Shown here: positions 37,711 through 49,682 of the stretch, piece after piece
How the letters are laid out: the number at the start of each line of letters is the position of its first letter
Position numbering within the stretch: position 1 is the stretch's first letter
From: Ylistrum balloti
Lineage: Eukaryota
DNA: 64,000 nucleotides
Direction of reading: 5' to 3'
NCBI RefSeq assembly: GCF_031769215.1
Contig: NW_026782320.1
Location: 62,001 to 126,000 of the forward strand
Made by a program: the position numbers and the translations under genes
Notes under the pieces: generated by a model
Seen by the model: the letters and a program-made list of their open reading frames with translations, nothing else
What the model was told of the DNA's origin: nothing
The model's database searches: none

Positions 37711-37975
37711 GACCAACCCCGTCCAAGGGACCTCCCCCTCTATCCCAGCTACCTAAACTACTTGCCCAATTATCTCCCCTTGAACACCTGGCCCGACTTG
37801 TACTACCTATAACATGACACCAACTTATAAATTCCTATCACTCTATCTTAACTCGCTGTCTCCTCCCTTCCTGTTCCCATGCTCCCCTGCCTCTACCTAG
37901 AACCACCCCCCCCCCCCCACATCTAGAATTTACAGGACCCCCCCCCCCCCCCCCAGTCCAAGTTCAGTCCCTACC

Positions 37976-38559
37976 CTACGTTCGTCTTAACTCCCGGATG
38001 GCCAGGTGGCGGATCTCATGCAGGTACCTCCGCATCCCTGTGGGGTTCAGGTGCACACCGTCGCCCAGCAACCCCGGAGACAGCAGCCGCCGGCGGACCA
38101 CCAAATCCAAGCCCCGCTCCCGCAACTTGAAATTGAGGGCTAGGTTAAGGCGGGCCCGCCGCGCAGCATACTCCGCCGGGGTCACCGACCGAGGGCGCAG
38201 ACGCAGAAACACCTTCATGACCGCCACCCTGGCCACCCCCCATTTATCTAACCTGTCCAAAAGCCCCCTGAATAACCCCATAAACTGTGCTATGTTGAAA
38301 TCCCGATTACTAATGTCATTCCCCCCGATCTGTAATATCACCACCCCCGGCCTAAACCCCCCCGCCATCATGTCATCTACCAACCTCCATAGCGTCCAGA
38401 TATTCGCCCCCCCCCCCTCCCATAGAACCGCACCTCCACCCCCTGCAACCCCAAATTTTCTCTAAACCTCCCCTCCCACTCCCTCCTAACCTGGTTCTCC
38501 AGTCTGGTAATATAACTGTGTCCAATAAGGGCAACCTTTCCCGAAACAAATCTGTTCAT
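37976..38559 (-). CDS. SGNH/GDSL-type hydrolase, about 193 aa, split by a frameshift in an 11-G run
   Basis: Block I GHSY, block II GRGGA, block III QIGGND, block V DGVHL; 9 or 12 G at 38407-38417 would restore the frame; preceded by branch point, polypyrimidine tract and AG (38568-38601). Confidence 0.85.
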
Positions 38560-39375
38560 GGCGAAATCTAGGGAAGAGAGAAGAGGAAACAGGAGGTTAG
38601 GACGAATCAATTTGGTCTATATACAACATCACATCCTACTCAATTAAGTCACTAATGTCCGTAATGTTTAAAGATGTGTCTGACACGCTTCCCTGGGGGA
38701 GGGAAATTTGTTGTGGACGTCGACTCTGGTGTCCCACGGGCCCCTGGTTACCTGTCCTCGAGTTGCGCGCATACAGTTATTTACCACCAGAAACGAAAGT
38801 TCTCCTGATTGGGTGTGGAGGTCTCTCACCGCCAGGGACGTCTTCCTGTCTCCAGGTCTCCGAGTAGGTATTTGGGGGTCACTGCCACGTCTGGGGTGTG
38901 GCCACCACCCCAGGGGTCCATGGTGGCTATCCCAATGTTCAATCACCCGCGCACATAAGAGAAAACTGTATCATTGCAAATACCAAAGGTTCCTGGAGGG
39001 CGAGAGTCTCCCAGGACGTATCCAGCCGCAGCACTGCATGAACGTTATACCGATTCACCAATGGACAGGTCGCCGGCAGTTTCAGGGGCCCGGGTCATCC
39101 TCTTCTGTCTTTATCCCTCCCCCAGGTCAGGGGGTGTCAAGAGCACCATTTTACATGAAAGATAAAACAAGTATAGTTCAGACAGGATCTACATAATCTA
39201 AATTACTATACAGACATCTTCCCTAACCTACACAAATAAATGTACTGAAGGGCCAATCAGGTGAGGTCATAGGCCCCGGACCGCATCCAGTCGGGAGGCC
39301 GTCTACGACGCCTCCCCACTCGACGGTCCGGAGTTGCCCACAGGCTCCCCCGACGTCGCCATATTGATGCCGAAC

Positions 39376-40503
39376 TTAGCGCGGACGCCCGATCGACATA
39401 GAGCACCTGAAGCACTGAGGCCCCCTCTGAGCCTGGCCATAGTAATTTCCCTGACGGGGGGGTGGCTGATCTCCCCTACGATAATCCCTATCCCTATTAA
39501 ATCGGGCCTGTAACGCCTCTATCTTCTTAACAAGAGTGGCTATTTGTTCTTGCTCGGAGGTCCGAGCCTCCTCCCTCTCTACAACGGGGGATTCTGTTAA
39601 GCTATCGACCCCCCCCCCCCCCCCCGCTTGGGGTATCCTAGCAGACCCGCCTATCCGATCATAGCTCTCCTCATCAAGGGCCATACGAACGGCCTCTGCT
39701 AAACTGGAAGGCTTATTCCTTCTTAGCTGTTTCTGGACCTCCCGATTGTCCAGCGCATCGATAAAATGTTGGATCTCAATAATACTCCGCGTCTCCTGAT
39801 CAGAGTCTGGATAGGCCCGAGCCGCTATCCTTTGGATATACCCAGCCAACTCGGATAATGACTCCCCCTTCTTCCTAGTTTTTCCCCGAAGCTGGGCCCA
39901 GTACACACCCACATCCCTCTCGGGGTCAAATCTGGATTTAAGTGCCGACGTCACACTTTTATAGTCTAAGCGCTCTGTGGGGGTTAGATCACTATATACC
40001 CTAAGGGCCGTACCCTTGAGTTTCACAGCCAGGAATTGGCAAGCTTGAGCCTCTGTCCAAGCGTTAATGGTCTTGCAAGCCTCAAAGTGTGTAAACCAAT
40101 CTTTATAACTACCCTGGCCATTATAAGCTTCCGGGACAACTATGGGTTTGGGCAGGGGAACTAACTGGGGCGACTGGGGCCGAGTCGCCTGCGAAGGGGC
40201 TGCCCCGGGTCTTGATCTAGGGGTCGAGCCAGCAAGGGGTGTACTAAACCTAATCCTTGAAGGACTCCAGCTAGAGGGCTCCCTATTCGTACCTTGGCCT
40301 AGGCCGCGAGGGGACCCCGTATCTTGGGCGGCCTCCCCAATTTTGCCATCGCCCACCCCTTCCCTTTCACGAGCCGGCCGCCTTCCACGCGTTTCGCTCC
40401 TACACAACAGCTCATCTAATCTTTGGCGCATTGATTCTATCTGTATTCCGTAGTCCGGAATATCAAAATTAAACTCACCGCCCTCCGCCATCATTGCCAG
40501 CAC
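39376..40503 (-). CDS. Gypsy gag, 375 aa, zinc knuckle cut after CFRC
   Basis: PEAYNGQGSYKDWFTHFE...W...LAVKLKGTA..., ESLSELAGYIQRIAARAYP, HFIDAL, PQCFRC. Confidence 0.85.
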   Translation of the reverse strand: MLAMMAEGGEFNFDIPDYGIQIESMRQRLDELLCRSETRGRRPAREREGVGDGKIGEAAQDTGSPRGLGQGTNREPSSWSPSRIRFSTPLAGSTPRSRPGAAPSQATRPQSPQLVPLPKPIVVPEAYNGQGSYKDWFTHFEACKTINAWTEAQACQFLAVKLKGTALRVYSDLTPTERLDYKSVTSALKSRFDPERDVGVYWAQLRGKTRKKGESLSELAGYIQRIAARAYPDSDQETRSIIEIQHFIDALDNREVQKQLRRNKPSSLAEAVRMALDEESYDRIGGSARIPQAGGGGGVDSLTESPVVEREEARTSEQEQIATLVKKIEALQARFNRDRDYRRGDQPPPRQGNYYGQAQRGPQCFRCSMSIGRPR

Positions 40504-40654
40504 TTAATGACTAAGTTTTTAATAGAAGTAGTTATCAAACAGTCGAACCAATTTCAGATAGAATTATTTATAACTTATCTTGACCTTTAAACCTTAATTT
40601 TCCCTATACTCCTAATGGTATCTTTTTAGCACCTGTCCCGCCGGAGGTTCCAAT

Positions 40655-41592
40655 TGTAACGAACGACGTCTCGCGACCCGCTAGTGGCCGCACCGCGGAC
40701 GTCACCTCTGTAGTTACAATAATAAAAGTGCCCAATGGGTTCGACTGCCGCTTTCGCTTGCAGATTTCACAAACAAATTTCGACCAAGTACTGGCAATAA
40801 TGACGAGAAGAATTAAACAGATTCAACAATTTATTATATATTTTACAAGAGTAAAGTTTAGCATGAAAGACATTTAACCGGCTCAGTGAGTGTTTCTAAT
40901 TAACCCTAACAATGTACAGAAGCCACCTGAAATAAACACTTTTACCTAAACTAACTATCAGGCAGGAACCAATGTCGTGGTTGTCGAAATTCTCTAGCTA
41001 AATTAACTCTCGGCCCACGGAATCTGACACCGTTCCTCGGGGCGAGTCTCAAACCTCGCCGAACGGACAAATCTCCGCCACGTGACCGACTCCAAATTTA
41101 CAAAGTCCAACTCAACACTACCGCCTTCTCCTACGTTCGTCTTGGCAAGGGGGGCACACAAAAATCAGCCTCACCGAACGGGAGAAAACTACTCCCCGAG
41201 AATACCAATTCTCGAATTATCCACTATTTAACAAAATTTCAACAGCTAGCGAACGTTCCCCTCAATCACGACACAAGGTTCCAGCCAAAACTTAAGTCCG
41301 CATAAATCGAAAAATATACCAAAATACACGGTCGGAAATCAAACCTATCGGGTTGTAGGTGGCAACTGATGTTTAGTAAACCATTTTATAACATTTTAGG
41401 GAAGAGATGGGCGCTGACAACACAAAAATCTAACAGATTACCCTGCCCGAATTTCAATACCGACCTATCGTATCTTGGCCTCCAAAGGAAGAGGCTGCGA
41501 CATCACTTTTTCTCCCAGAGTTCCTCGCTTCCTCGGACAGGGTTGTACTAAATTCCGGAAAAACGACACGAAGCGACCCACGCGTCGCTACA
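40655..41592 (-). repeat. 5' LTR
   Basis: Direct repeat of 34055-34990. Confidence 0.95.
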
Positions 41593-42211
41593 ATTACACC
41601 CTCACTGTGGTAACAATATCAACAGATCTCGCCCATTTTTGCTGAGTTCAAGGCAGCTGTTATGTCTGTTGGTGATCCAGCACGAACAAAAAAGCTAATT
41701 TGTTTGGCAGACCACTAATAAATTTTGATAGAACCTCAAAACTTGGTTTCCCAATGATCTCCCCTTTCTCAACTACCTGGCAATGATGATCCTCTATTGG
41801 CTGACCAGGAAGGAGAACAAGTTTTGTAAAGTTCTCAGACTCTAAAAGCATCGCTGGACCATTTGAATATCCAATAAGAAAGCGCTGTTTAAAAAGATGT
41901 AGGATACTGTCCCAATTATCCTGTTCTGTCAAAGAATTGAACCATGTTAATGCAGGTCCTTTGCGGGGAAGATGAAAAGCAGCTATTTTCCGACTAGGAT
42001 ATAGGATAATCTAATTTTAGAAATACAGCATTGGAGGTGAATTCCTGATTCAAAATTTTCAAAATCTTTGTCAATTATCCTTGAAAAAATAAATTCATTA
42101 CTAGTAGTTGGATAATTTGGAAGAGATATGTCCTCTGATGGAAATGATGTAACTGGAAGTGGAATGTCACTGAAACTAGTAAAAGATGTGTTCAAAAATC
42201 TGAATTTGTAT
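41593..42211 (-). pseudogene. Old Gypsy gag remnant, middle piece
   Basis: AAFHL..KGPALTWFNSL, PGQPIED, KFISGLPNKLAF, FVRAGSPTD...SAKMGE; stops and frameshifts. Confidence 0.75.
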
Positions 42212-42341
42212 TCTTAGTTTTCTCGTGACGTCACAACTCTACCCATAATGCTTCCGTCCGCCATCTTGTAGGTCAAAGTTATTTCTATAAATATTCATCG
42301 TGGTATCATTATTTGGACAAACTAAACAAGCTATTTCAGCT

Positions 42342-44775
42342 ATGGTAAACGTTTGTGTCGTGTACGACTGTCACAACCGTTCTTCCCAGGGTGTTGTTAA
42401 ACGTTCCTTTCATGCGATTCCGGCTATTATCACAACACAAGGCGAGAAGACGCAATAGCAAGGAAAGACTGGACACCAACGAAATATTCTAAAGTTTGCT
42501 CAGATCACTTCGTTTCAGGTATATTTATCACTAATTACATTGGCTAACATGAGCTTCTTTACCTGTTATAAAAATCGTTTGAGATGTTTTACTCTGAGGT
42601 TGGAAAGCTACAGCACGCATAAACACAAACAACGTGCGTTCAATGACCCATGTCTCTGTAAACAGCATATATATACATTCTTAAACCACTATACTTGTGT
42701 GTGTGTATTATCTGTAACGTTTCCATGCATAAGGTATTAACGTTAATTTTAATAACTTGATTTGTTGAAGGACGCATTGACGTTACATAGTCATAGGATG
42801 TACTGTATTGTAGCTCTATAACTTATTACTGATTGAAAAAGATCATGATAAAAACTGTGTTCTAGCTCGAATCATCATTAAAATAACTCTGTTTTTTTTT
42901 TCAGGAAAACCATTAGATCTGTACAACCAAAGTCATCCTGACTGGGCACCTTCCCTGAAACTTGGTCTTGCAAGATCTGGTGAGGAGAAAGCAAACACCT
43001 GTTCCCCAACATCGTTAGAAAGGTAAATTATAACTCTAACTAGGCCTATTCTAATTATTATCATTCATTTATTTTGTGGTAACATGTTCTCTGTAAATTT
43101 TCCCATTGCTTAGTTTCTAGTAATACATGTTTTCAAATAGATTAATTAGATTGTAATCTTTAGTAGCTAATTCTGTATTTTGTTTTTTGTGTTTTTTTTG
43201 TCATTAGTTATTACATGTGTACATATATTTTTTCCTAGTTTATATATTTTAATGTGAACATCATAATATTTTATCCGGGTAAAAGATTATATAACACACA
43301 ATACATTTATAAGTATCACAAGTAATTATTATTTATTATAGACACTCTCGCTTAAATTTACAATTGTATCTCAGAAAAGTAGTAATGTCCAAATGAAACC
43401 TTGGATATAAGTGAAAAAGCTTATTTCCAATTGGGGTCATCAGAACACCAAAGTGTATATCATTACTATCAATTCTTTATCTATCAAATGAATTGTATAT
43501 GGTACAAGTTATTGGTACCAGGTACATACATTCTTGTAAATAAAATGTGTAAGCAGCTGCACTATGAAATTTTATTTTGTCTTGTGTAATTTTAGATATT
43601 CCAGAGCTCTGGAGAGACAACACAAGAGGATTAAATACTCTGCAGCAGAGACTTTGCTGGAACTGGCAGATCCTGTTCTCACTGCAAGCCCATCAGATGT
43701 GACCATACCATGTAGTACTAGTAAAACGTATACTTTTCGTTTGATGGGTAAGCTTGACCCAAGAAGTACTGATCAACAGACAGAAGGACCAAGTGTAGAC
43801 CAGATCCGAGAGGACCACCAAAATCTGACCACTGAAAACTTGGATTTAAGGAAGAAGTTACAAGAGCAGGACATCACACCAGAGTCTCTAAAAGACAAGG
43901 ATGAGAAGGTGAAATATTTCACAGGTCTTCCTGGATATTTAAGCCTGATGGCATTATTCAATTTTTTGGATCCACACATCAGTGGCAACGGCAGAAATAT
44001 TTTAACAAACTTTCAGAAATTGTTTTTGGTGCTGATGAAGCTTCGACTAGACCTGAGTGTGCAAGATTTAGCTTACCGATTTGGTGTATCTGCATCAACA
44101 GTATCCAGAACATTCAACCGTGTTATACATATCATGTATGTTAGAATGAAAGATCTAATCATGTGGCCCGACCGAGAACAGTTGAGATCTACTATGCCCA
44201 TGGAGTTTAGAAAGAACTTTGGTCTTAAAGTTGCCGTTATCATAGATTGTTTCGAGATTTTTATCGAAAGACCGTCAAATCTTCTTGCTCGTGCTGAAAC
44301 CTGGTCGAATTATAAACATCATAATACCATCAAGTTTCTTATTGGTGTTACACCACAAGGAGTTGTGTCATTCCTGTCACCAGGCTGGGGTGGACGAACC
44401 AGTGACAAACAGATTACTGAAAATTGTGACTTACTACAACACTTGTTACCAGGTGATCTAGTTTTAGCAGATCGTGGTTTTGACATTGCAGAAAGTGTAG
44501 GATTGAAGTGTGCCGAGGTAAAAATCCCAGCTTTCACAAAAGGAAAAAAACAGTTGTCAGCCTTGGAAGTAGAACAGACCAGGAAAATCGCCCATGTCAG
44601 GATACATGTAGAACGAGTGATTGGACTTGTGCGCAATAAATACACTATTCTCAAAGGAACACTACCCATTGACTATTTACAAAGTGATCATGAAGAAGTG
44701 CCATTAGTGGACAAGATAGTTACAGTTTGCTGTGCTCTGACAAATCTATGTGATTCTGTTGTACCTTTCAATTGA
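42342..44775 (+). pseudogene. THAP-DDE transposase, exons 42342-42518, 42905-43022, 43596-44775; frameshifting deletion in THAP exon
   Basis: CVVYDCHN...KVCSDHF; VIIDCFE, LADRGF, HVERVIG; THAP lacks its central segment (EKTQ-stop). Confidence 0.85.
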
Positions 44776-45487
44776 CCTGACTTTGCTTAACATATATTAT
44801 GGTTCAGTATAATATCTAAAAAATGATCTGTGATATTAATGTGATGTACATTAGTTCTAGTGTTTATTGTATCTTGTTTAACTGGCTTTGTTACACAATC
44901 AGTTACAGATTGTTAAATTTTATACTGGTCAGCAAAATCAGTCCCTGCATGTAATATTGTACTGGAAAGGTAAAGTCACAATTTCAGTTTTCTGTGATAG
45001 AAATGTTAATTTATGCGAGATTGTCTGTGATAATTACTTGTAATACTAAATGTACTGTACAACTAAGTGTAGTCACAAGTTGATAAAAGCTGTTTATTTG
45101 TTAACCTGTATTTTGAGGAAATGTAAGAAAGTGATAAACATATGATTAATAAACATGTACAGGATTCTGAAATATTAAAACCATTGACTTGTATTCTTGT
45201 ATTATACATTGTCCTCATTATGAATTATTCAGTTGGTGTGGGAGGAAATTGAGGATATTCACATGAATCAGTGCTTGTCTTGATGTAGAAAAGTTTTGTC
45301 TGACAAGATTAAATTTAAGTACTGGCAATTCCAGCAAATCGGAGTCCCTCAACAAAATCTAGGAATAATCTTGTAGAGAATAGTATTACATTTAAGTGTT
45401 ATGCCAAGTTTTCCAGAGAGTGTGCATGGTCAATTTCATAATTCATGTACAACAATTCTTAAAAACCAGCAATCAGCAAAACCTAGA

Positions 45488-45680
45488 TTTGTTTGTTTGT
45501 TGTGTTTATCGCCCTGTGAACAGCCAAGGTCATTTTGAGGCGGGGGTCTCCTTGTAGTAGTTTGTGACTACCTCACTGAACAACACGCGGGAGGCCCGTC
45601 GTATGTCATCAAAAGAAATTAGGGTAAAGTGTCTTGCCAAGGACACAACCAACGACAGCACAGACCGGTCAGTCCTCAGG
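45488..45680 (-). mobile_element. 5'-truncated SINE
   Basis: Minus-strand (AAAC)n tail at 45488; GTTGTGTCCTTGGCAAGACACTTTACC core typical of tRNA-derived SINEs. Confidence 0.65.
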
Positions 45681-46264
45681 CAAAAAAAATGGGGTTTCAT
45701 TTACTCTGAATGCTCTCTGAATGGCATGGAGAGGTCATCATCACAATTATTAAAAAAGATGTCAGGCTTTTTTTTTCCCTTGGAGAACAATTTGACAATA
45801 GGCATTAAAGATAAGGATTGATTCACATAAATTTGCTCGTACATGTAAGCGAGTAGTAGATAGCAGCTACTAGGAAAGATGAAACATTTTTTTTCTCCTT
45901 GGCAAAAATCACATTGTTATAAAACAAAAATAAAAACACAAGAAAAATATATCTTTTTCAGATTTAATAGACTAAATACCCCAGATAAATTTTACATGAT
46001 GAAATTGTACAATTAATCTTAGTTCAGAAGAGAAGGTACAATGTACATGATCATCGGAAGATAAATCTTTACTATAATTCCTACTGATAGATGTAAGGAC
46101 CTGAAAACAAGCTAAACCAATAATAATATATAGCTGGACATCAGGATTATATATATTACAGTAATAATTCCATCAATTAATCCTTAGATACTACCATTTA
46201 ATATTGTAATAATTGAATGATCATCATGCATGATTTCATATTTATACGTTCACGTTCATTTGAA

Positions 46265-48132
46265 TCACATTTTTCTGCACTCTTGACAAAACCAGTCACC
46301 TTTTGGTATTCTCTTAATTTTTACACACTTGAAGTGGAGCCATACATAGGGACAGTTTTCATTGTCGCATCCAATTACAGAATCTGTATCTGGGTTGTAT
46401 ACAGACTGACACACACATATCAACCTGTTCGAATCTTCACTGGTGTCCTGTACACTTACACTGGGAGAAATGTCTGTTCTTTGTTCCGCAGAGTTAATGA
46501 TAGATGATGTAGCCAAAGGACGAGAGTATAGCTTTCCGATCAATTCAGGTAATATCGCCCTCAAAAAGAAAGTCGACGACTTCTTCACAATTTCCTTGCA
46601 AAGTTCCTGGTCTACATCTATTCTCTCTGCATGATAGTCCACATTTGTCCACACAACAAAGTCTGAGTACTCTTTCTCACAAACAAAGAGTTGACGCTGG
46701 ATTTGGTAGTAATATTGGTGGGTCTTTTTTAATCTAAGCTGGTCCCCATGCTTTTCTAGACAGAAGTTGCTATCCAGTGAGTCTTTAATAACTGAATCCC
46801 TCTTACAATAAGGACACTTGATTTCAATACATACTTCACCACAACAGTCACAGGAAGCAATACCATCTGGTGAGGCTCCAATAAAGGGATATTTCTCACT
46901 AATGACAAATCCACTGTCCCGTACACTGAAGTTTTCATGGTCCTTTTGCATCAGTTGGGTGTACGACTTGAGCGCCTCTTTTTCATGCTGACATCCCCAT
47001 TTTGTTGCCTTTGTTGTGAACTTGTTCACGTTCGGATAGCAAGCAAATAGACTTCACTAAACTCTGTGAAGGGTTGTCCACTGATGTCTTGTACACGTTC
47101 TTCATCCGTGACGCAGTTATTCGTCCAGTTCTGAATCGATGCCATTCACGGCTCTTTGCTTGCTCGCGTGTAAGTTCTTCAGCATTTTTGATTTCCTCTG
47201 GTTCAATCGTAATGTCTTTCATAACTTCCTCGCAATGTTTTAGCAAATGTTCCTTGTCTACATTTACATATTTCTCATCCTGCAATTCTGACAAGACTAG
47301 TGGATATTTCTTGCTCAGCACATTTGGAATGTAGTGTTCACTATACTCTGGTATAAGAGACAACAACACTGGTCTTGATCCAGAGGAGTGTAACGCAGAA
47401 AATAAAGTTCTGAGTTCATCACTTGTTGGTTTGGCAACATCTGGGACAGATTTTTTAACAGGTGGAGTGAAAGATGCGTTAGCAATACATTTATCCAACT
47501 TCGTTTTCTTGGTTTTGGCTGAGGTGAAGTCAATTTCCCGAACTGTCTTACCTTTGACTTTCTTAACTGAGGAAGGGAGAAGCCAATACGCCTTGTCTTG
47601 TGTAACTGTCTGAGAATCTCTTGAGTTTCACTGACGCATCACGCGCAAACATGAGTGCACCGACATGACTACAAGACTCGCCAAGTCCAGCCATACAGTT
47701 ACAATGGGCAGCCATGACCTTACCGTTATTCTCTGCCATCAACCACGGGTGTAATGGTGAGTCATTCATACACTGAGAATGGCGGACTCGTGCCGATATC
47801 AGGCGTAAATCATTATCCATCTTCACAGAACCGAGATCTCTCACCCAACCACTGACGAAATAGTTGTACGATTCTAGCGATTTATAAGCCTTCAAATTGT
47901 CCAGAGTGTAAGCACTTTGAGTGTTGACTAAATAGTTCACGATATCTGGGTATGCGATGGCAGGCAGTTCGTGGACATCGTCACTCCATTCTGACTTCGT
48001 AAGTTCGTATGGGTCCTTTCCACCGATAATGCTGATTTTCTGGTCATATCTGGCTTTAGAAATCACATCCAGGGTATCTCTGTAACGTTCCTTACTAGCA
48101 AGCTTCGGTTTGGAAGGTTTGTAATCACTCAT
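46265..48132 (-). pseudogene. SWIM-YqaJ-PHD accessory gene of element 2, intronless, two frameshifts
   Basis: AHCNCMAGLGESCSH (SWIM), RITAS, GASPDG, EIKCPY, YYYQIQ (YqaJ), terminal PHD (CVC...IGCDNENC...WLHFKCV...WFCQEC); 1-nt insertion near 47620 and 4-bp duplication near 47040. Confidence 0.88.
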
Positions 48133-48257
48133 CCTTGTTGACATCAAAGGTCGAAAATTTGCACACAAAATAACGCCCACTGATTTTCCGCTTGACCTAC
48201 AAGATGGCCGCGTTCAATCGAAGTGCCCGGATGTACGGATCAGTGAAAACTAAGAAT

Positions 48258-48352
48258 TTGTTGCCAGTTAATTGGCTTTGTTCTAAAAATTGCTCATCAA
48301 TTAGGCCACTGCTAGTATTACTGTCTGAATCTGAATGTTCATTATCTGACAT
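48258..48352 (-). pseudogene. Old Gypsy gag remnant, probable N-terminus (MSDNEH...)
   Basis: Joins in frame to the ORF at 42195 after removal of element 2 (TGNK-YKFRFLNTSF). Confidence 0.6.
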
Positions 48353-49682
48353 CTGAACTCTGACTGGAGTTAATCTGTTCCTATCAAAAGTTCGAAACAT
48401 CAAACAAACATCTGGTAACAATCGTCTCACCATCCGGTCCCACGGTGGTCTTTGTTGTTGTCTCTTCCTGTCTGTGCCCCTTTTCACGGACATGAAACAC
48501 TGGATGCCCACGTCATTGGTCGTGACGTGCTGTGATGATGTGCCTCCTCCTCCGTCCACGACTGGCGTCTCAGAAATTTCTTCCCCGTTTGACGTCCTCT
48601 TGACGGGTGTAGAACGGCTTAACAGTGACAACATCTTGGTCTGTACCATCACTGTTTGAAGGGAAACGTCTGGGTTGGTACCAATAGTAGTATCAACTTC
48701 TACAGCCATCTGTGCATCCTCCAACGTGTACGGGCATTCAGGAGATTTTGCTTTTTCCATGGCACTACACCTAGACATGCTGACACAACTGCGCCTTGGC
48801 GGTGTCATATCCTTCGCTTTCACAGGGTGCTGGCGCACAATAACTGACACAGATCCCCCTTTCTTGACAGTGTCTGGGAACAGTCTTGGCAGGGATGACA
48901 TTCTTTATTGTGCGTCTTCTCTGGTGACTTCCTCTCATCATGGTTGACGACTAAGGTGTCTCGGGCTCTCTCGGTGAACAACATGAAGCGACCTCATATC
49001 GTCATAAAACTTCCGCAACCTGAAACCTGAAAGAGTTCAATGGGCGACTTGACTGCCGGGATCTTGAATACGTCATATTCCCTTGGATAGATGTCGACTG
49101 GACTCCAGAGGGTCTGGAGTTGGAAATTTATGAAAGCGCCTTGTTTGCTAGGGAGAACAGAGGACCCATCCTGTCTAACGATGCATGCCTTGTTGTATAA
49201 ACACTTTTAGCTAGGTCAATGTTAACCATTGATTGTCCAGAAATGTGAAATTCCACAGGTTCATTTCAGGTTATCTGGGATAGGGGTCTAAAGTAAATTC
49301 CACAGATTTGCTCCACACCGGCTTGAAAGCGAGGGAGGGAGAACAACATAAATTGACACTGCAATCCTTCTTCCATTATGAGAAGTTAATAGGGTGCTTG
49401 CATTTGTTAGATTTTGGGCGAGTGGGGTCAAGTGTGATGAACATTCAAGACTCTCACCAAGATGCCTAGAGGGGGTCACAAAGAATCTTGTCCATTTTCA
49501 ACATGATATGAGTTAATCATAGGAACAGTTGAGTTCTAAAATGAAGTGTGAGAGTATCTTGTCATTGTAGAGATCCATCCTTATTTTTAAGCACCGCGTA
49601 GAACCCCATATCAAGCTTCAGTCACCCAATCGGAGTCTATCTAGGAGTCTTTTGACCAACCCATTCATTTCACTAGTAATTG

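Larger units (their letters stand above)
34055..41592 (-). mobile_element. Young non-autonomous Gypsy-type LTR retrotransposon (gag, pol deleted, SGNH hydrolase ORF)
   Basis: LTRs 34055-34990 (936 bp) and 40655-41592 (938 bp), TG...CA, differing by two substitutions and one 2-bp indel that I could see; 4-bp TSD ATTA (34051-34054, 41593-41596); TGG-initiated PBS candidate at 40652; purine tract next to 34991. Confidence 0.95.
42212..48255 (+). mobile_element. Complete ISL2EU-type DNA transposon, element 2
   Basis: 11-bp TIR TCTTAGTTTTC (42212-42222; 48245-48255), AT TSD (42210-42211; 48256-48257); removing it restores the gag reading frame across the site; convergent THAP-DDE and SWIM-YqaJ-PHD genes. 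Confidence 0.9.

Noticed and set aside
37998-39196. Plus-strand ORFs 37998-38465 and 38708-39196
   Set aside because: Antisense shadows in GC-rich sequence, no domains.
40635-40654. Assignment of the PBS to a specific tRNA
   Set aside because: TGGAACCTCCGGCGGG does not match any tRNA 3' end I can recall with confidence.
48353-48901. 234-aa ORF as one real gene
   Set aside because: Only its last part joins the old gag; the upstream part has no motif and the stop is supplied by element 2.
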